This document shows, in pieces, positions 45,429 through 54,517 of a stretch of 64,000 bases of DNA. Position numbers and translations under genes: made by a program. Origin of the DNA: an uncultured Candidatus Saccharibacteria bacterium (GTDB lineage Bacteria > Patescibacteriota > Saccharimonadia > Saccharimonadales > Saccharimonadaceae); assembly GCA_946527885.1 (NCBI GenBank), contig CAMMYO010000001.1, positions 578-64,577 of the forward strand, in the 5' to 3' direction. Every line of letters begins with the position of its first letter. The stretch's first letter is position 1. The notes beneath the pieces were generated by a model. The model had not been told where the DNA came from. It did not search any database and was given only the letters and a program-made list of their open reading frames with translations.

Positions 45429-45985
45429 AAAAGACTATTGTAAAAATGCGTCTCGGGACGCGCGCCGAATTTGTAAACACGCTAGAGCGCATCAATCTGA
45501 GATTTAGTGAGCCGTACTGGCAGCACGATCGCATTTTTGTACCACGCGAGTATTCGCGCGAGTATTCTTTGCCGCGCATTTCGCTGCGCACGGTCGTCTA
45601 TACGCCGGACGAGGACGCTATTTATTCGCTGGTCCTGCGTCGTCACATTAACAATCGCAATCTCGACTACTACAACTCCACGCTCGTGAGTGACTATACC
45701 GAGGCGGCCCATATGCTTTACCAGCTCGGCTATGAACTAAAAGCGGAGTTCAGCCGCCGCCGCCAAGAGCTTGCTATTAGCGAGACCGTCCGCGCCTACA
45801 TCGACCAGATTGATAACGTAAATGGCTACTTTGCAAAATTCGAGTCCGATCTTGGCGACAATGATGATCCAGAAGCGGCGCACGACGATCTGGTCAAGAC
45901 TTTTGCTGTGCTCGGCGTCGAGGGTGAGCCTATCCAAGAAACCTACGGCGAAATCTTCACAAAATCGAAAGCCCGCCAAATTTAA
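45425..45985 (+). CDS. CYTH-domain protein (class IV adenylyl cyclase / triphosphatase fold)
   Basis: 186 aa. Alternating charged beta-strand pattern (KMRL, RISLRTVV, LVLRRHI, YIDQIDNVNGYFAKFE) typical of CYTH. Confidence 0.5.
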   Translation: MKKTIVKMRLGTRAEFVNTLERINLRFSEPYWQHDRIFVPREYSREYSLPRISLRTVVYTPDEDAIYSLVLRRHINNRNLDYYNSTLVSDYTEAAHMLYQLGYELKAEFSRRRQELAISETVRAYIDQIDNVNGYFAKFESDLGDNDDPEAAHDDLVKTFAVLGVEGEPIQETYGEIFTKSKARQI

Positions 45986-45993
45986 TAATCAAC

Positions 45994-46024
45994 AAAAATC
46001 CACCCGATCGGGTGGATTTATTTA
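45994..46024. terminator. bidirectional intrinsic terminator
   Basis: AAAA-ATCCACCC-gatc-GGGTGGAT-TT between the convergent CYTH gene and rpsT. Confidence 0.7.
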
Positions 46025-46028
46025 TAGA

Positions 46029-46436
46029 CTATTTCTCGCTTTTCTTTGCGGTGGTCTTTTTTGCGGCAGTTTTCTTTGCAGCCGGCTTCTTTTCAGCGGC
46101 GGCCTTCTTGGTGGTCGTAGCTTTCTTTGCAGCTGGCTTCTTTTCTGCTGCTGGCTTTTCGGCCTTGGCGGCAGCCTTCTTGCCTTCGATCTTTACGCCA
46201 TGTTCTTTAGCGAACTTAGCCAAGTTTGCCTTGCGGCGGCTAGCGGTATTTTTCTTGATAAGGCCTTTTTTAACAGCTTTGTCGTACTCAGACTGGACAA
46301 TAGCCATTTTTTCGGCACTTGGGTCATTGCGGAAGTCTTTCAAGACGCTGCGGATGACTTTCTTGATGGCTGTATTCTTGCTGCGGCGCTTCTCGGCCTG
46401 GCGAGCAGCCTTCTTTGCGGATTTGATAATCGGCAT
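46029..46436 (-). CDS. rpsT: 30S ribosomal protein S20 with Lys/Ala-rich C-terminal extension
   Basis: MPIIKSAKKAARQAEKRRSKN core, plus a ~50-aa AAKAEKPAAEKKPAAKK tail. Confidence 0.9.
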   Translation of the reverse strand: MPIIKSAKKAARQAEKRRSKNTAIKKVIRSVLKDFRNDPSAEKMAIVQSEYDKAVKKGLIKKNTASRRKANLAKFAKEHGVKIEGKKAAAKAEKPAAEKKPAAKKATTTKKAAAEKKPAAKKTAAKKTTAKKSEK

Positions 46437-46526
46437 TTAAAACTATTTCCTTAACTTTATTAATACAATTATCGTATATTATAGTCTAAAACTCTGAAAA
46501 AGTAAAGGGTAGCTACGCAGTTGTCC

Positions 46527-46555
46527 TTGCATTTTGTAAATTCTTATGCTAAACT
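46527..46555 (+). promoter_or_regulatory. candidate promoter TTGCAT-17-TAAACT
   Basis: Exact 17-nt spacer, about 45 nt upstream of ATG 46601. Confidence 0.4.
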
Positions 46556-46600
46556 AACGGCATATAAGGTCAAAAATAAAAATAAACAAGAAATATTAAT

Positions 46601-48835
46601 ATGCCAAATCCTCCAGCAAAGGCTGGGCAGGGCGGAAAAGCTCCTGCAGCGCCAGCCGCAAAACAAAAACCAAATAATAGCGCAATTGCGCAGGTCGTTG
46701 AACGTATTCGCACCAGCGATAACGTTTTGATCGCGCTTTCGAAGAACCCAAGCGTCGACGAATTGACTGCCGCTCTCGGCCTTACCTATATTCTCGACAA
46801 GATCGGCAAGCACGCGACCGCAATTTTCTCGGGCGAAATCCCGAATATTATCGAGTTTTTGGAGCCGGAAAAAACTTTCGAATCCGATACGAACAGTTTG
46901 CAGGATTTCATTATTGCTATTAATAAAGACAAGGCCGACCATCTTCGCTACAAGATTGACGGCGACTATGTCAAAGTCTTTATTACGCCATACAAAACTA
47001 CCATTACCGAGGCGGATATGGAGTTTAGTCATGGCAACTACAACGTTGACCTTGTGATTGCCTTCAATGTTTCTGGTGAGGATGAACTTGATGGCGCCTT
47101 GACCGAGTATGGCCGCATTATGCACGATGCTAGCTCGATTAATATTTCTGCGCACGAACCGGGCAAATTCGGTGACCTTGAGTGGGGCGATACACATGCA
47201 TCATCTGTTTCGGAGATGGTTGCACGCCTCGCGAACTTGATTAAAGTTCCTGATGTTGAACTTCTCGACAAGACCGTTGCTACCACTTTGCTTGCCGGTA
47301 TTATCGCTTCTACGAACCGCTTCTCGAATGAGCGCACGACTGCTGAGACGATGGCGATTTCCGCCAAGTTGATGGCTGCCGGCGCCGATCAGCAACTAAT
47401 TTCTTCAAACGTTCCGGTGGATATTTTGACTCAAGAGCCAGAACCAGAAGTCGACGAAGAGGCCGAAGCTGCCGCTAAAGCCGAAGCCGAAGCTGCCGCT
47501 AAAGCCGAGCAGGAAGCCAAAAGAGACGCCAAAGCCGCCGCGTTAGCCGTCGCTGACGCTGCTGCCGAAAAAGCCGAAGCGGGCGCCGAAGAAGAGGACG
47601 AAGATGTCGAAGAATCTGAGCCAGAAGAAGAATCGGAGCCAGCCAAGCCTGTCGATCCGACCGCACTAACGATTCACCACGGCGCAATTGATTACAAGCC
47701 AGAAGAAAAGAAAGAAGAGCCGACTCCAGAAGAGAAGATCGCCGCTGCTCGTAAGGCGGAGAAAGACGCCGCAATCAAGGCTGAGGCCGATCGCATTGCC
47801 GCCGAAACCGTAAAGAAGAACGAAGAAAAAGCCGCTGCCCGCAAAGCCGCGGAAGAAAAGGCGAAAGCCGAAGCTGCCGCTCGCAAGGCCGCTGAAGCTG
47901 AAAAGGCTGCCGCCGCCCGCAAGGCTATCGAAGAGAAGGTTGCTGCTGAAGTTGCTGCTCGTAACGCAAAGCCGAAAGCTGTCGAATCAAAACCAGAGCC
48001 GACCCCAGCACCGGCGCCGAAGCCAGAATCAGAACCGACTCCGGCCCCAATGCCAGAAATCGCTACGAGCCCAGCGGCTAGTATCGACGATCTTGACCGG
48101 GCACTTGCTGCCGCTATGGCCGCACAGAATAACGGTGTTTCGCCTGCTTCGGTTGCCCTAGATAAAACTCCGAGCACCGCTCAGGTTGTTCCGACCGACG
48201 CGCTAGCTGAGGCTGCCGCAAATGCTGCCCCACAGATGACTAGTGCTGGCAGCATGAATCACATTATCGCTGCTCCAAGGCCAGAAGAAATTTCCAATCC
48301 ACTCGCAGACGCTGCAAGTAGTGCCGCCTCTGCAAATCCAAGCAAGGTAATCGATCTGCCAGAAGGCGGTATCCGTCCGCCAGAACCGCCAAAGGACTAC
48401 TCGGCCGCTATGTCTGCCGCTCTCGCAACGGAAGAAGCCACGGTTCCGCCAGCCACAATTCAGCCGGCCGCTCCGGCACCTACCGTCGATATCTCGGGTG
48501 CTGAATATGTCGCACCATTGCCAATGCCGGATCCAGATTCTATTTTGCCGCCACCGCCATTGCCGTTTGAGCCAACCGCGGCGCCGGCTATGCCAAATAT
48601 GCCAGACTTACAAACCGCAACACCGACCACGCTTGAAATTCCAGAAGTTCAACCAATCCAGCCGGCTAGCGAAAGTGCTGCCGCGCTTGCAGATAATCTC
48701 CAGGCCGCAAATGCTGCTTTGCCAACTATGCCAGCGGTCCAGCCGGCAACGCTCGAACCTGCGACTGTTGGAGTTCCGGCAATGCAAAACCAGGTCTATC
48801 CAGACCCAGGCGCCTTCAAGATTCCAGGCATGTAA
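46601..48835 (+). CDS. degenerate DHH/DHHA1-like domain protein with a ~480-aa Ala/Glu/Lys/Pro-rich disordered C-terminal region
   Basis: The N-terminal ~260 aa have an NrnA-like layout, but the catalytic motifs are replaced (ALSKNPSVDELTAALGL, DLVIAFNVSG). GIIASTNRF is retained. Confidence 0.6.
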   Translation: MPNPPAKAGQGGKAPAAPAAKQKPNNSAIAQVVERIRTSDNVLIALSKNPSVDELTAALGLTYILDKIGKHATAIFSGEIPNIIEFLEPEKTFESDTNSLQDFIIAINKDKADHLRYKIDGDYVKVFITPYKTTITEADMEFSHGNYNVDLVIAFNVSGEDELDGALTEYGRIMHDASSINISAHEPGKFGDLEWGDTHASSVSEMVARLANLIKVPDVELLDKTVATTLLAGIIASTNRFSNERTTAETMAISAKLMAAGADQQLISSNVPVDILTQEPEPEVDEEAEAAAKAEAEAAAKAEQEAKRDAKAAALAVADAAAEKAEAGAEEEDEDVEESEPEEESEPAKPVDPTALTIHHGAIDYKPEEKKEEPTPEEKIAAARKAEKDAAIKAEADRIAAETVKKNEEKAAARKAAEEKAKAEAAARKAAEAEKAAAARKAIEEKVAAEVAARNAKPKAVESKPEPTPAPAPKPESEPTPAPMPEIATSPAASIDDLDRALAAAMAAQNNGVSPASVALDKTPSTAQVVPTDALAEAAANAAPQMTSAGSMNHIIAAPRPEEISNPLADAASSAASANPSKVIDLPEGGIRPPEPPKDYSAAMSAALATEEATVPPATIQPAAPAPTVDISGAEYVAPLPMPDPDSILPPPPLPFEPTAAPAMPNMPDLQTATPTTLEIPEVQPIQPASESAAALADNLQAANAALPTMPAVQPATLEPATVGVPAMQNQVYPDPGAFKIPGM

Positions 48836-48864
48836 AAAATACCTCCCGCAAGGGAGATATTTTT

Positions 48865-50004
48865 CTATTCGTCGCTACTTGAAACTTTATGAACGATCTT
48901 CGTGCGGCGGCCTTTGATTGTCTTAATCAGCTTTGTTCCGCCACGAATTGCTTTTCCGCCAGCTCTTCTCGCCAGGCGCACGGTTCGCTTTAGGTTATAT
49001 TTTAACGGGTCAAGCACGAGCATAAAACCGCCGATATATTCTTCGACCGTGATGCCGAATCCACTCTTGAATTCGAGCAGACGATTATTATCTGAGAAAT
49101 CGCCCGCTACGCCATAGAAATTGACGCGATTTTGGCCGGCTTTTAGACATTGTTCAATCTGCCAGTCCTGCATAAAAGTCATGCCGTTCAGCTTCTTGTG
49201 TTGCTGAATCGTGCCGGACGAAAATGTTTCCGTCTCGTCGTCGAAATTAAACACCATGCGCGACGATACTAACTGGTCGTCTTCCTTCGTGCGAACTTCC
49301 ATAAAGCTCACCTGATCACCGAAAGCGTCCCAAATGTCCTCGTAATAATCCACGCCGCGTCCCCAACTTTCGACGCCATTCTTATGATTACTGTCATTTA
49401 GCGGCTTAATCCATTCTGCTAGCTCGGATTTTTCTTTCAAAACATGGATTTTGAGCATTGGTGAAACTTTGCGCAGCTTGTTGCGCACGTTCTTTTTGTA
49501 CGACGCTTGCGCCTCGGTTATATTTTTAAAACCGGACAAATCTTTAACCGTCATCCAGCGAATTACTTTTGGATCTACTTCCACCGTACGGCCTTTGTAT
49601 TTAAAGCCAAAATCGCTGAACATGTTCATTGTCTGGTTTTGGTCGAAGCTTTCCAAGGTCTCGCCCTTAATATCGCGGATGGAAAGCAAAAGCGCCGGGT
49701 AAACTTCTAGCGTCGCGCATTTTTTCTCTTTTGCAAAATCGCGCAGTTTCTCGATAAAGAATCGCATCGTTTTGATGTCGTATTTCTTCATGAGCGGACC
49801 CATCTGCAACAACGCGGCACCATCCTTCATCATGACCAAGCCGGCCGCTACGATTTTTGCACTATCGGTAGCTGCCAAGAAGTAAACGTTCCAGCCCATG
49901 CGGCTACGTACCGCGGCACGCTCGGCGCGCTGATAAAAACCGCCGCCTTTGATATTTTTGCGAAACTTTGCGAATTCTTCGCCTGAAATTTCTTTAAAAT
50001 CCAT
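48865..50004 (-). CDS. FemAB-family aminoacyl-tRNA-dependent peptidoglycan peptidyltransferase, paralog 2
   Basis: 379 aa. MDFKEISGEEFAKF...FYQRAERA N-terminus and a two-GNAT-lobe layout. Confidence 0.75.
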   Translation of the reverse strand: MDFKEISGEEFAKFRKNIKGGGFYQRAERAAVRSRMGWNVYFLAATDSAKIVAAGLVMMKDGAALLQMGPLMKKYDIKTMRFFIEKLRDFAKEKKCATLEVYPALLLSIRDIKGETLESFDQNQTMNMFSDFGFKYKGRTVEVDPKVIRWMTVKDLSGFKNITEAQASYKKNVRNKLRKVSPMLKIHVLKEKSELAEWIKPLNDSNHKNGVESWGRGVDYYEDIWDAFGDQVSFMEVRTKEDDQLVSSRMVFNFDDETETFSSGTIQQHKKLNGMTFMQDWQIEQCLKAGQNRVNFYGVAGDFSDNNRLLEFKSGFGITVEEYIGGFMLVLDPLKYNLKRTVRLARRAGGKAIRGGTKLIKTIKGRRTKIVHKVSSSDE

Positions 50005-50005
50005 T

Positions 50006-51067
50006 TTATTTCTTTACAATCCTTTTAATTCTGCGCAAAACTTTACCGGCAAGCATCTTGGCTGGCGCCAAAGTATAGGTAAAGCCACCAATATATTCTT
50101 CGGAAACACCGCGCAAGCCACCCTTGAAACGCAGTAGTGGATTGTCGAGCGAGAAATTACCTTCCATGCCGTAAAGATTCAAACGTTTTTGCTTGTGCTC
50201 GAGACAGTAATTAATCTGCCAGCCCTTAATCGCGGTCGAACCGTTAAAGTGCTTGTTCGCCTCGATGGTGCCGGCCAAAAATGCCACCATTTCGTTCGGA
50301 TGCATAATGTCGACCTCGCTCGAAACTAGCTCGCCGTTATCTTTGCGGCGCGCCTCGCAGAAAATCGCGTCTTTGCCAAAGCAATCCCACAAATCTTCGA
50401 AGTATTTCAGCGGTCGCGTTGGTACGCCGTTGCGGTCGTTACTTTCCTGCAGGGCTTTAATCCACTCGCTAAGCTCCGACTTGTCTTCCAAAACACGCAC
50501 GTCCAACTCGCGCTGAGTCTTGTGCCACTTCTTGCGCGTGCTGCTATTGAAGCTAATTTCGGCCTCGCGCATTGTCTCGAAACCGCTCAAATCTTTTGAG
50601 TACATCCAGCGGTTCGCCTTGTTTTCGATCTCGGTTGTAAAGCCTTGGTGCTTGAAACCAGCTTCTTCAAATGCCTTAAAAATCGCGCCACGGTCAAATT
50701 CATCGATTTTCGAGCCGTCAATTTCTCGCGTCGATAATAGCAATGGCGGGTAAACTTCGACTTGCCAGAAGCCTTTTTCTTTCGCAAAATTCTTTATCTC
50801 GCTAAGGAAAAACTTGACCAATTTTTTGTCGTCCCAATCCAAAATCGGACCCATCTGCACCCAAGCCTCATGGTTGCGTTCGACAATCAAAAATGCGCCA
50901 AGAATACTGCGTTTTTTATCTTTTGTTTGGGTAATACCCATCAAATAAGTTTTGAAACCCATGCGGTCGCGCAGGGCGGCTCGTTGAGCGGACTGAAAAA
51001 AGTTTCCATACGGATTTTTGCGCTCGAATTTCGTGAATTCGGCAGGACTGAGCTCAGTAAATTTCAT
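50006..51067 (-). CDS. FemAB-family peptidyltransferase, paralog 1
   Basis: MKFTELSPAEFTKFERKNPYGNFFQSAQRA. Start set at the ATG that matches the paralog's N-terminus. Confidence 0.75.
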   Translation of the reverse strand: MKFTELSPAEFTKFERKNPYGNFFQSAQRAALRDRMGFKTYLMGITQTKDKKRSILGAFLIVERNHEAWVQMGPILDWDDKKLVKFFLSEIKNFAKEKGFWQVEVYPPLLLSTREIDGSKIDEFDRGAIFKAFEEAGFKHQGFTTEIENKANRWMYSKDLSGFETMREAEISFNSSTRKKWHKTQRELDVRVLEDKSELSEWIKALQESNDRNGVPTRPLKYFEDLWDCFGKDAIFCEARRKDNGELVSSEVDIMHPNEMVAFLAGTIEANKHFNGSTAIKGWQINYCLEHKQKRLNLYGMEGNFSLDNPLLRFKGGLRGVSEEYIGGFTYTLAPAKMLAGKVLRRIKRIVKK

Positions 51068-51088
51068 ATCTTTATAATAGCACAGCAC

Positions 51089-51475
51089 CTAGTGCGCACC
51101 ATAATACACGGTGCCGTCCGCGCAGTACCAACCAAAGCGCGCCATAATCGTGCGCCGCGCGCAATCCTTGAAGTCTAGATTTACGGTTTCGACCGGCTTG
51201 CCATTCTCGCTGACCGACAGTGTAATATGCGGTTTTGTAATCGTCTTGAACGCATCAATCTCTGCAACGCGCAAGCCTTCGTTGTCTTGATCAATCCCGT
51301 AGCCATCAACTACCAATTCGAATTCGCGACCAAGCCAATCTTCGTGCAAATCCGGACCGCCCGGGCGAAACTTTGTCGTCACATGCGGAAACTCAATTCG
51401 CCGCGCCAACTTTGGCGGGAACATTTCGTATAGTTCTTCCGCATCGACAAACAATCCGCAATAAATAATCTTCAT
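51089..51475 (-). CDS. small 2H-phosphoesterase-like protein
   Basis: 128 aa with two HxT motifs (PHVTT and PHITL). Confidence 0.45.
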   Translation of the reverse strand: MKIIYCGLFVDAEELYEMFPPKLARRIEFPHVTTKFRPGGPDLHEDWLGREFELVVDGYGIDQDNEGLRVAEIDAFKTITKPHITLSVSENGKPVETVNLDFKDCARRTIMARFGWYCADGTVYYGAH

Positions 51476-51488
51476 ATTTTTATTCTAA

Positions 51489-51518
51489 CCAAAAAACCGC
51501 CACCAAGGGTGACGGAAT
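51489..51518 (-). terminator. intrinsic terminator after the ATP-grasp gene
   Basis: The minus-strand RNA is CCGUCACC-cuu-GGUGGCGG followed by U6. Confidence 0.6.
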
Positions 51519-51523
51519 TTGTT

Positions 51524-52435
51524 TTAGGCGCCAACGCGATCTTTCTTTTGAGTGCGTTTTGCGTTGTGTTCAACGTATTCAATAATCTTGCCGGCCACGT
51601 TGCGTCCGGTAACCTTTTCGATGCCGAATCCAGGCGAAGCGTTAACCTCCAAGACTAATGGTCCGCGGGCGGAGCGCATAATATCGACGCCAGCTACATT
51701 GAGGCCCATAGCGCGTGCAGCATTGACGGCCAATTTTTCTTCTTGTGGTGTCAATTTGATTGGCGTACCTTCGCCGCCCTTGTGCAGGTTCGAACGAAAA
51801 TCGTCATCAAGGCTCTTGCGCTGCATTGAAGCAACTACCTTGCTGCCGACGACAAATGCGCGGATATCGGTACCGGCCGACTCCTTGATAAACTCTTGCA
51901 AAAGAATACTAACGCCATCATCGTAGGTCAAGAAGAATGCCTGCATGGTAGACTTGGCAGACTTCTTCGTCTCGGCCAAAATCACGCCATTGCCGTGCGT
52001 GCCGTTAGCGAGCTTAATAATCACCGGCATTTCGCCGAGCTGATCGAGCAAATCGTCAATATCGGCCGTGTTGCGCGAAACAACTGTCTTCGGAATATCG
52101 ACGCCGTACTTTGCGAGCACCTGCATCGAGCGGAGCTTATCACGAGCACGCGTAATCGCAATTGACTTCGACAAAACATACTCGCCCTGCATCTCAAGCT
52201 GGCGCACGATTGCAGTACCATACTTAGTCATATTGGCGGAAATACGTGGAATAACTGCATCAAAATTTCCAAGGGCCTTACCCTTGTAGAAAACCTTATT
52301 CGAATGTGGCTCGGTCGAAATGTAGCAGTTCTTATACTTAATGACGCTAACTTCGTGTCCGCGCGCTTTGGCTTCCTCGACTAAACGCTTGGTGGAATAA
52401 TTCGCGTTACCATTCGAGAGGATTGCGATTTTCAT
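51524..52435 (-). CDS. rimK: RimK-family ATP-grasp alpha-L-glutamate ligase
   Basis: 303 aa. MKIAILS..., an ATP-grasp core, and C-terminal VLEVNASPGF. Confidence 0.8.
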   Translation of the reverse strand: MKIAILSNGNANYSTKRLVEEAKARGHEVSVIKYKNCYISTEPHSNKVFYKGKALGNFDAVIPRISANMTKYGTAIVRQLEMQGEYVLSKSIAITRARDKLRSMQVLAKYGVDIPKTVVSRNTADIDDLLDQLGEMPVIIKLANGTHGNGVILAETKKSAKSTMQAFFLTYDDGVSILLQEFIKESAGTDIRAFVVGSKVVASMQRKSLDDDFRSNLHKGGEGTPIKLTPQEEKLAVNAARAMGLNVAGVDIMRSARGPLVLEVNASPGFGIEKVTGRNVAGKIIEYVEHNAKRTQKKDRVGA

Positions 52436-52632
52436 AAATACGCTCCATTATTGTTTCTAATGTTTGCCCGATATTGAGCACTGTATCTTATAATTATACC
52501 ACTATCGCTCCAAAAAGTCAAGTCCAGCCCAGCAATAGAGCAGTGCAATATCATTACAAAGCGTATTATGCTACAAAAATCGCCAAACTAAAAGCATAAC
52601 ATTATGGCCGTCTAAGATGTTACAATGAAAGC

Positions 52633-53388
52633 ATGAGCAAGAAGGCGACCGCATCTAGAATTAAACCCTTATTAATAACCTTATTTTGTGTTGCATTAGT
52701 AGGCTGCGCTACCTTCTGCGGATTTGCGTTCTTCTACAAACCAGAGGTCGAAAAACCGGCGCCGTACGTTTCGCCACTCCCAGAGTTGCCGCTTCCAGAA
52801 GTTACTGGCGGCGTCCGTGGCGAGCTCGGTATCGACAAAAACATCAATGAGTCTACTATTGATCAATATCTTGGCCGCGCCGACTCGGTTTACCGCGATA
52901 TGCGCATGCTCGAAGATCCGGGTAATTACGAAGCGATTGGTGGCGACCGTTTCCTGTCGGGCTACGTTGAAGGTTTTGAGGTGGTGCCGTTGCCATATCT
53001 TGCACCGGTTAGTGGTTTGCCGGAGGCGGTTGGTGATACGTATAAGGGCGATACTTTGTTTAGTATTGATAGTGGGGGGAACTACGTCGCGAATTACGAA
53101 GAGTCGCTCGCTATCTTGCAAGATTTGTTCCCGAAAGATAAGAATATCTTCTTAATGTGTGGTGGTGGTGGCTATGCCGGAATGACCAAGGCTATGCTCG
53201 TGTCTCTGGGCTGGGACGCCAATAAAATTTGGAACGTCGGCGGCTACTGGTATTACGAAGGCGAGCACAATGTCGAGGTCAAGAAAACGAACGAGCAGGG
53301 CGAAACATACTACGATTTCGACCTCGTCAAATACCACGACATCAAATTTGACGATTTGACGCCGTTGACGACGGTCGCACGTCTCTAG
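52633..53388 (+). CDS. lipoprotein with rhodanese-like domain
   Basis: Lipobox LVGC. C-terminal IFLMCGGGGYAGMTKAMLVSLGWDANKIWNVGGYW resembles a rhodanese active-site loop region. Confidence 0.5.
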   Translation: MSKKATASRIKPLLITLFCVALVGCATFCGFAFFYKPEVEKPAPYVSPLPELPLPEVTGGVRGELGIDKNINESTIDQYLGRADSVYRDMRMLEDPGNYEAIGGDRFLSGYVEGFEVVPLPYLAPVSGLPEAVGDTYKGDTLFSIDSGGNYVANYEESLAILQDLFPKDKNIFLMCGGGGYAGMTKAMLVSLGWDANKIWNVGGYWYYEGEHNVEVKKTNEQGETYYDFDLVKYHDIKFDDLTPLTTVARL

Positions 53389-53434
53389 CATCTTTTGCAA
53401 ACTTGCGAAAACTAGGTGTATAATATCATACGAT

Positions 53435-53740
53435 ATGAGTACCATCAGAGAATTACAGGATCGCGCCTGGCAGAACAAAATTAATCACGGCTTTGACCTA
53501 GAGAACGTCAATCATGAATTTTGTTTGTTGTATGGCGAGGTTGCTGAGGCTTTTGATGCGTATAACAAAAAACAAGAGCATCTCGAAGAAGAGCTCGCCG
53601 ACATTGGCATCTATCTTATGGGCTTGTCGCGCATGTTGAACGTCGATTTAGAAGACGCTATTGTGCGCAAAATGGCTAAAAATGAAAAACGCGTTTACAA
53701 GAACGTAAACGGTGTCTTTATCAAAGTAAACGAAGAGTAA
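53435..53740 (+). CDS. MazG-like nucleotide pyrophosphohydrolase
   Basis: 101 aa. EFCLLYGEVAEAFDAY...EELADIGIYLMGL (ExxE...ExxD). Confidence 0.7.
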   Translation: MSTIRELQDRAWQNKINHGFDLENVNHEFCLLYGEVAEAFDAYNKKQEHLEEELADIGIYLMGLSRMLNVDLEDAIVRKMAKNEKRVYKNVNGVFIKVNEE

Positions 53741-53743
53741 AAT

Positions 53744-54316
53744 ATGAAAAAATTGTTGTATCTCACGAGCAACCCGTACAAATTCCGGGAGGCTCAAATT
53801 GTTCTAGCCGACGAATTCGGCTTTGATCTGGAAATTATGGATCCGGATTTTGAATTGTACGAAATCCAGGCAGCGACCTGCGCCGAAGTGGCGGCCTTTA
53901 CGGCGCGCTATGGTGCGGACAAACTCGGCAAGGCTTGTCTCAAGTCTGATACCGGTCTCTACATCGAGGGTTTTGGTAATCTGCCCGGTCCGTACAATGC
54001 TTATTTCGACAAGCAGCTTGGCGCTGAAAACTTCGTGCGTATGTTCGCGAACGAGCCGAACCGCAAGGCGCGCATCGAGCACTGCTTTGCCTACTGTGCG
54101 CCAGGCGAAGAGCCGAAAGTTTTCAAGGGTGGCAGCACCGGCACGATTGCGAAGGAGTGTCGCGGCTCCGACGGGCGCTGGCATGATTTCTTCTTTGTGC
54201 CGGACGGCGAAACGCGCACGCTTGCTGAGATTGGCGACCAGGATGGCCCGGACGTAAAGCTTAGATTTTACGGTAACGCCATTCGTGAATTCACCGAATG
54301 GTTCAAGGCGCAATAA
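53744..54316 (+). CDS. rdgB: non-canonical purine NTP pyrophosphatase (Ham1/RdgB family)
   Basis: LTSNPYKFREAQ, YEIQ, KSDTGLYIEGFGNLPGPYNAYF. Confidence 0.75.
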   Translation: MKKLLYLTSNPYKFREAQIVLADEFGFDLEIMDPDFELYEIQAATCAEVAAFTARYGADKLGKACLKSDTGLYIEGFGNLPGPYNAYFDKQLGAENFVRMFANEPNRKARIEHCFAYCAPGEEPKVFKGGSTGTIAKECRGSDGRWHDFFFVPDGETRTLAEIGDQDGPDVKLRFYGNAIREFTEWFKAQ

Positions 54317-54320
54317 AAGC

Positions 54321-54348
54321 AAAAATCTCCCTTTATGGGAGATTTTTT
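54321..54348 (+). terminator. intrinsic terminator
   Basis: AAAA-ATCTCCC-tttat-GGGAGAT-TTTTT. Confidence 0.7.
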
Positions 54349-54400
54349 GTTGAGCCGGACCATAAAAAACACCCCGAACGGAGTGTTTTGTAATCGAATA

Positions 54401-54476
54401 TGGTCGGGGCGACCCGACTTGAACGGGCGACCTCGCAGTCCCGAACCGCGCGCGCTACCAACTGCGCCACGCCCCG
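54401..54476 (-). tRNA. tRNA-Pro (anticodon CGG), CCA encoded
   Basis: Reverse complement is CGGGGCGTGGCGCAGTTGGTAGCGCGCGCGGTTCGGGACTGCGAGGTCGCCCGTTCAAGTCGGGTCGCCCCGACCA. Confidence 0.9.
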
Positions 54477-54517
54477 ACATAACTGCCTGGCGAGAAAAAC
54501 TCGCTAGACAGATTATA

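Noticed and set aside
46012-48177. Several 60-217-aa ORFs on either strand (46012-46440, 45822-46454, 46544-47197, 47431-47646, 47692-48177)
   Set aside because: They overlap rpsT or the Ala/Glu/Lys-rich low-complexity region of the DHH-like gene. Repetitive GCN/GAA/AAG codons keep the alternative frames open. None has start signals or motifs.
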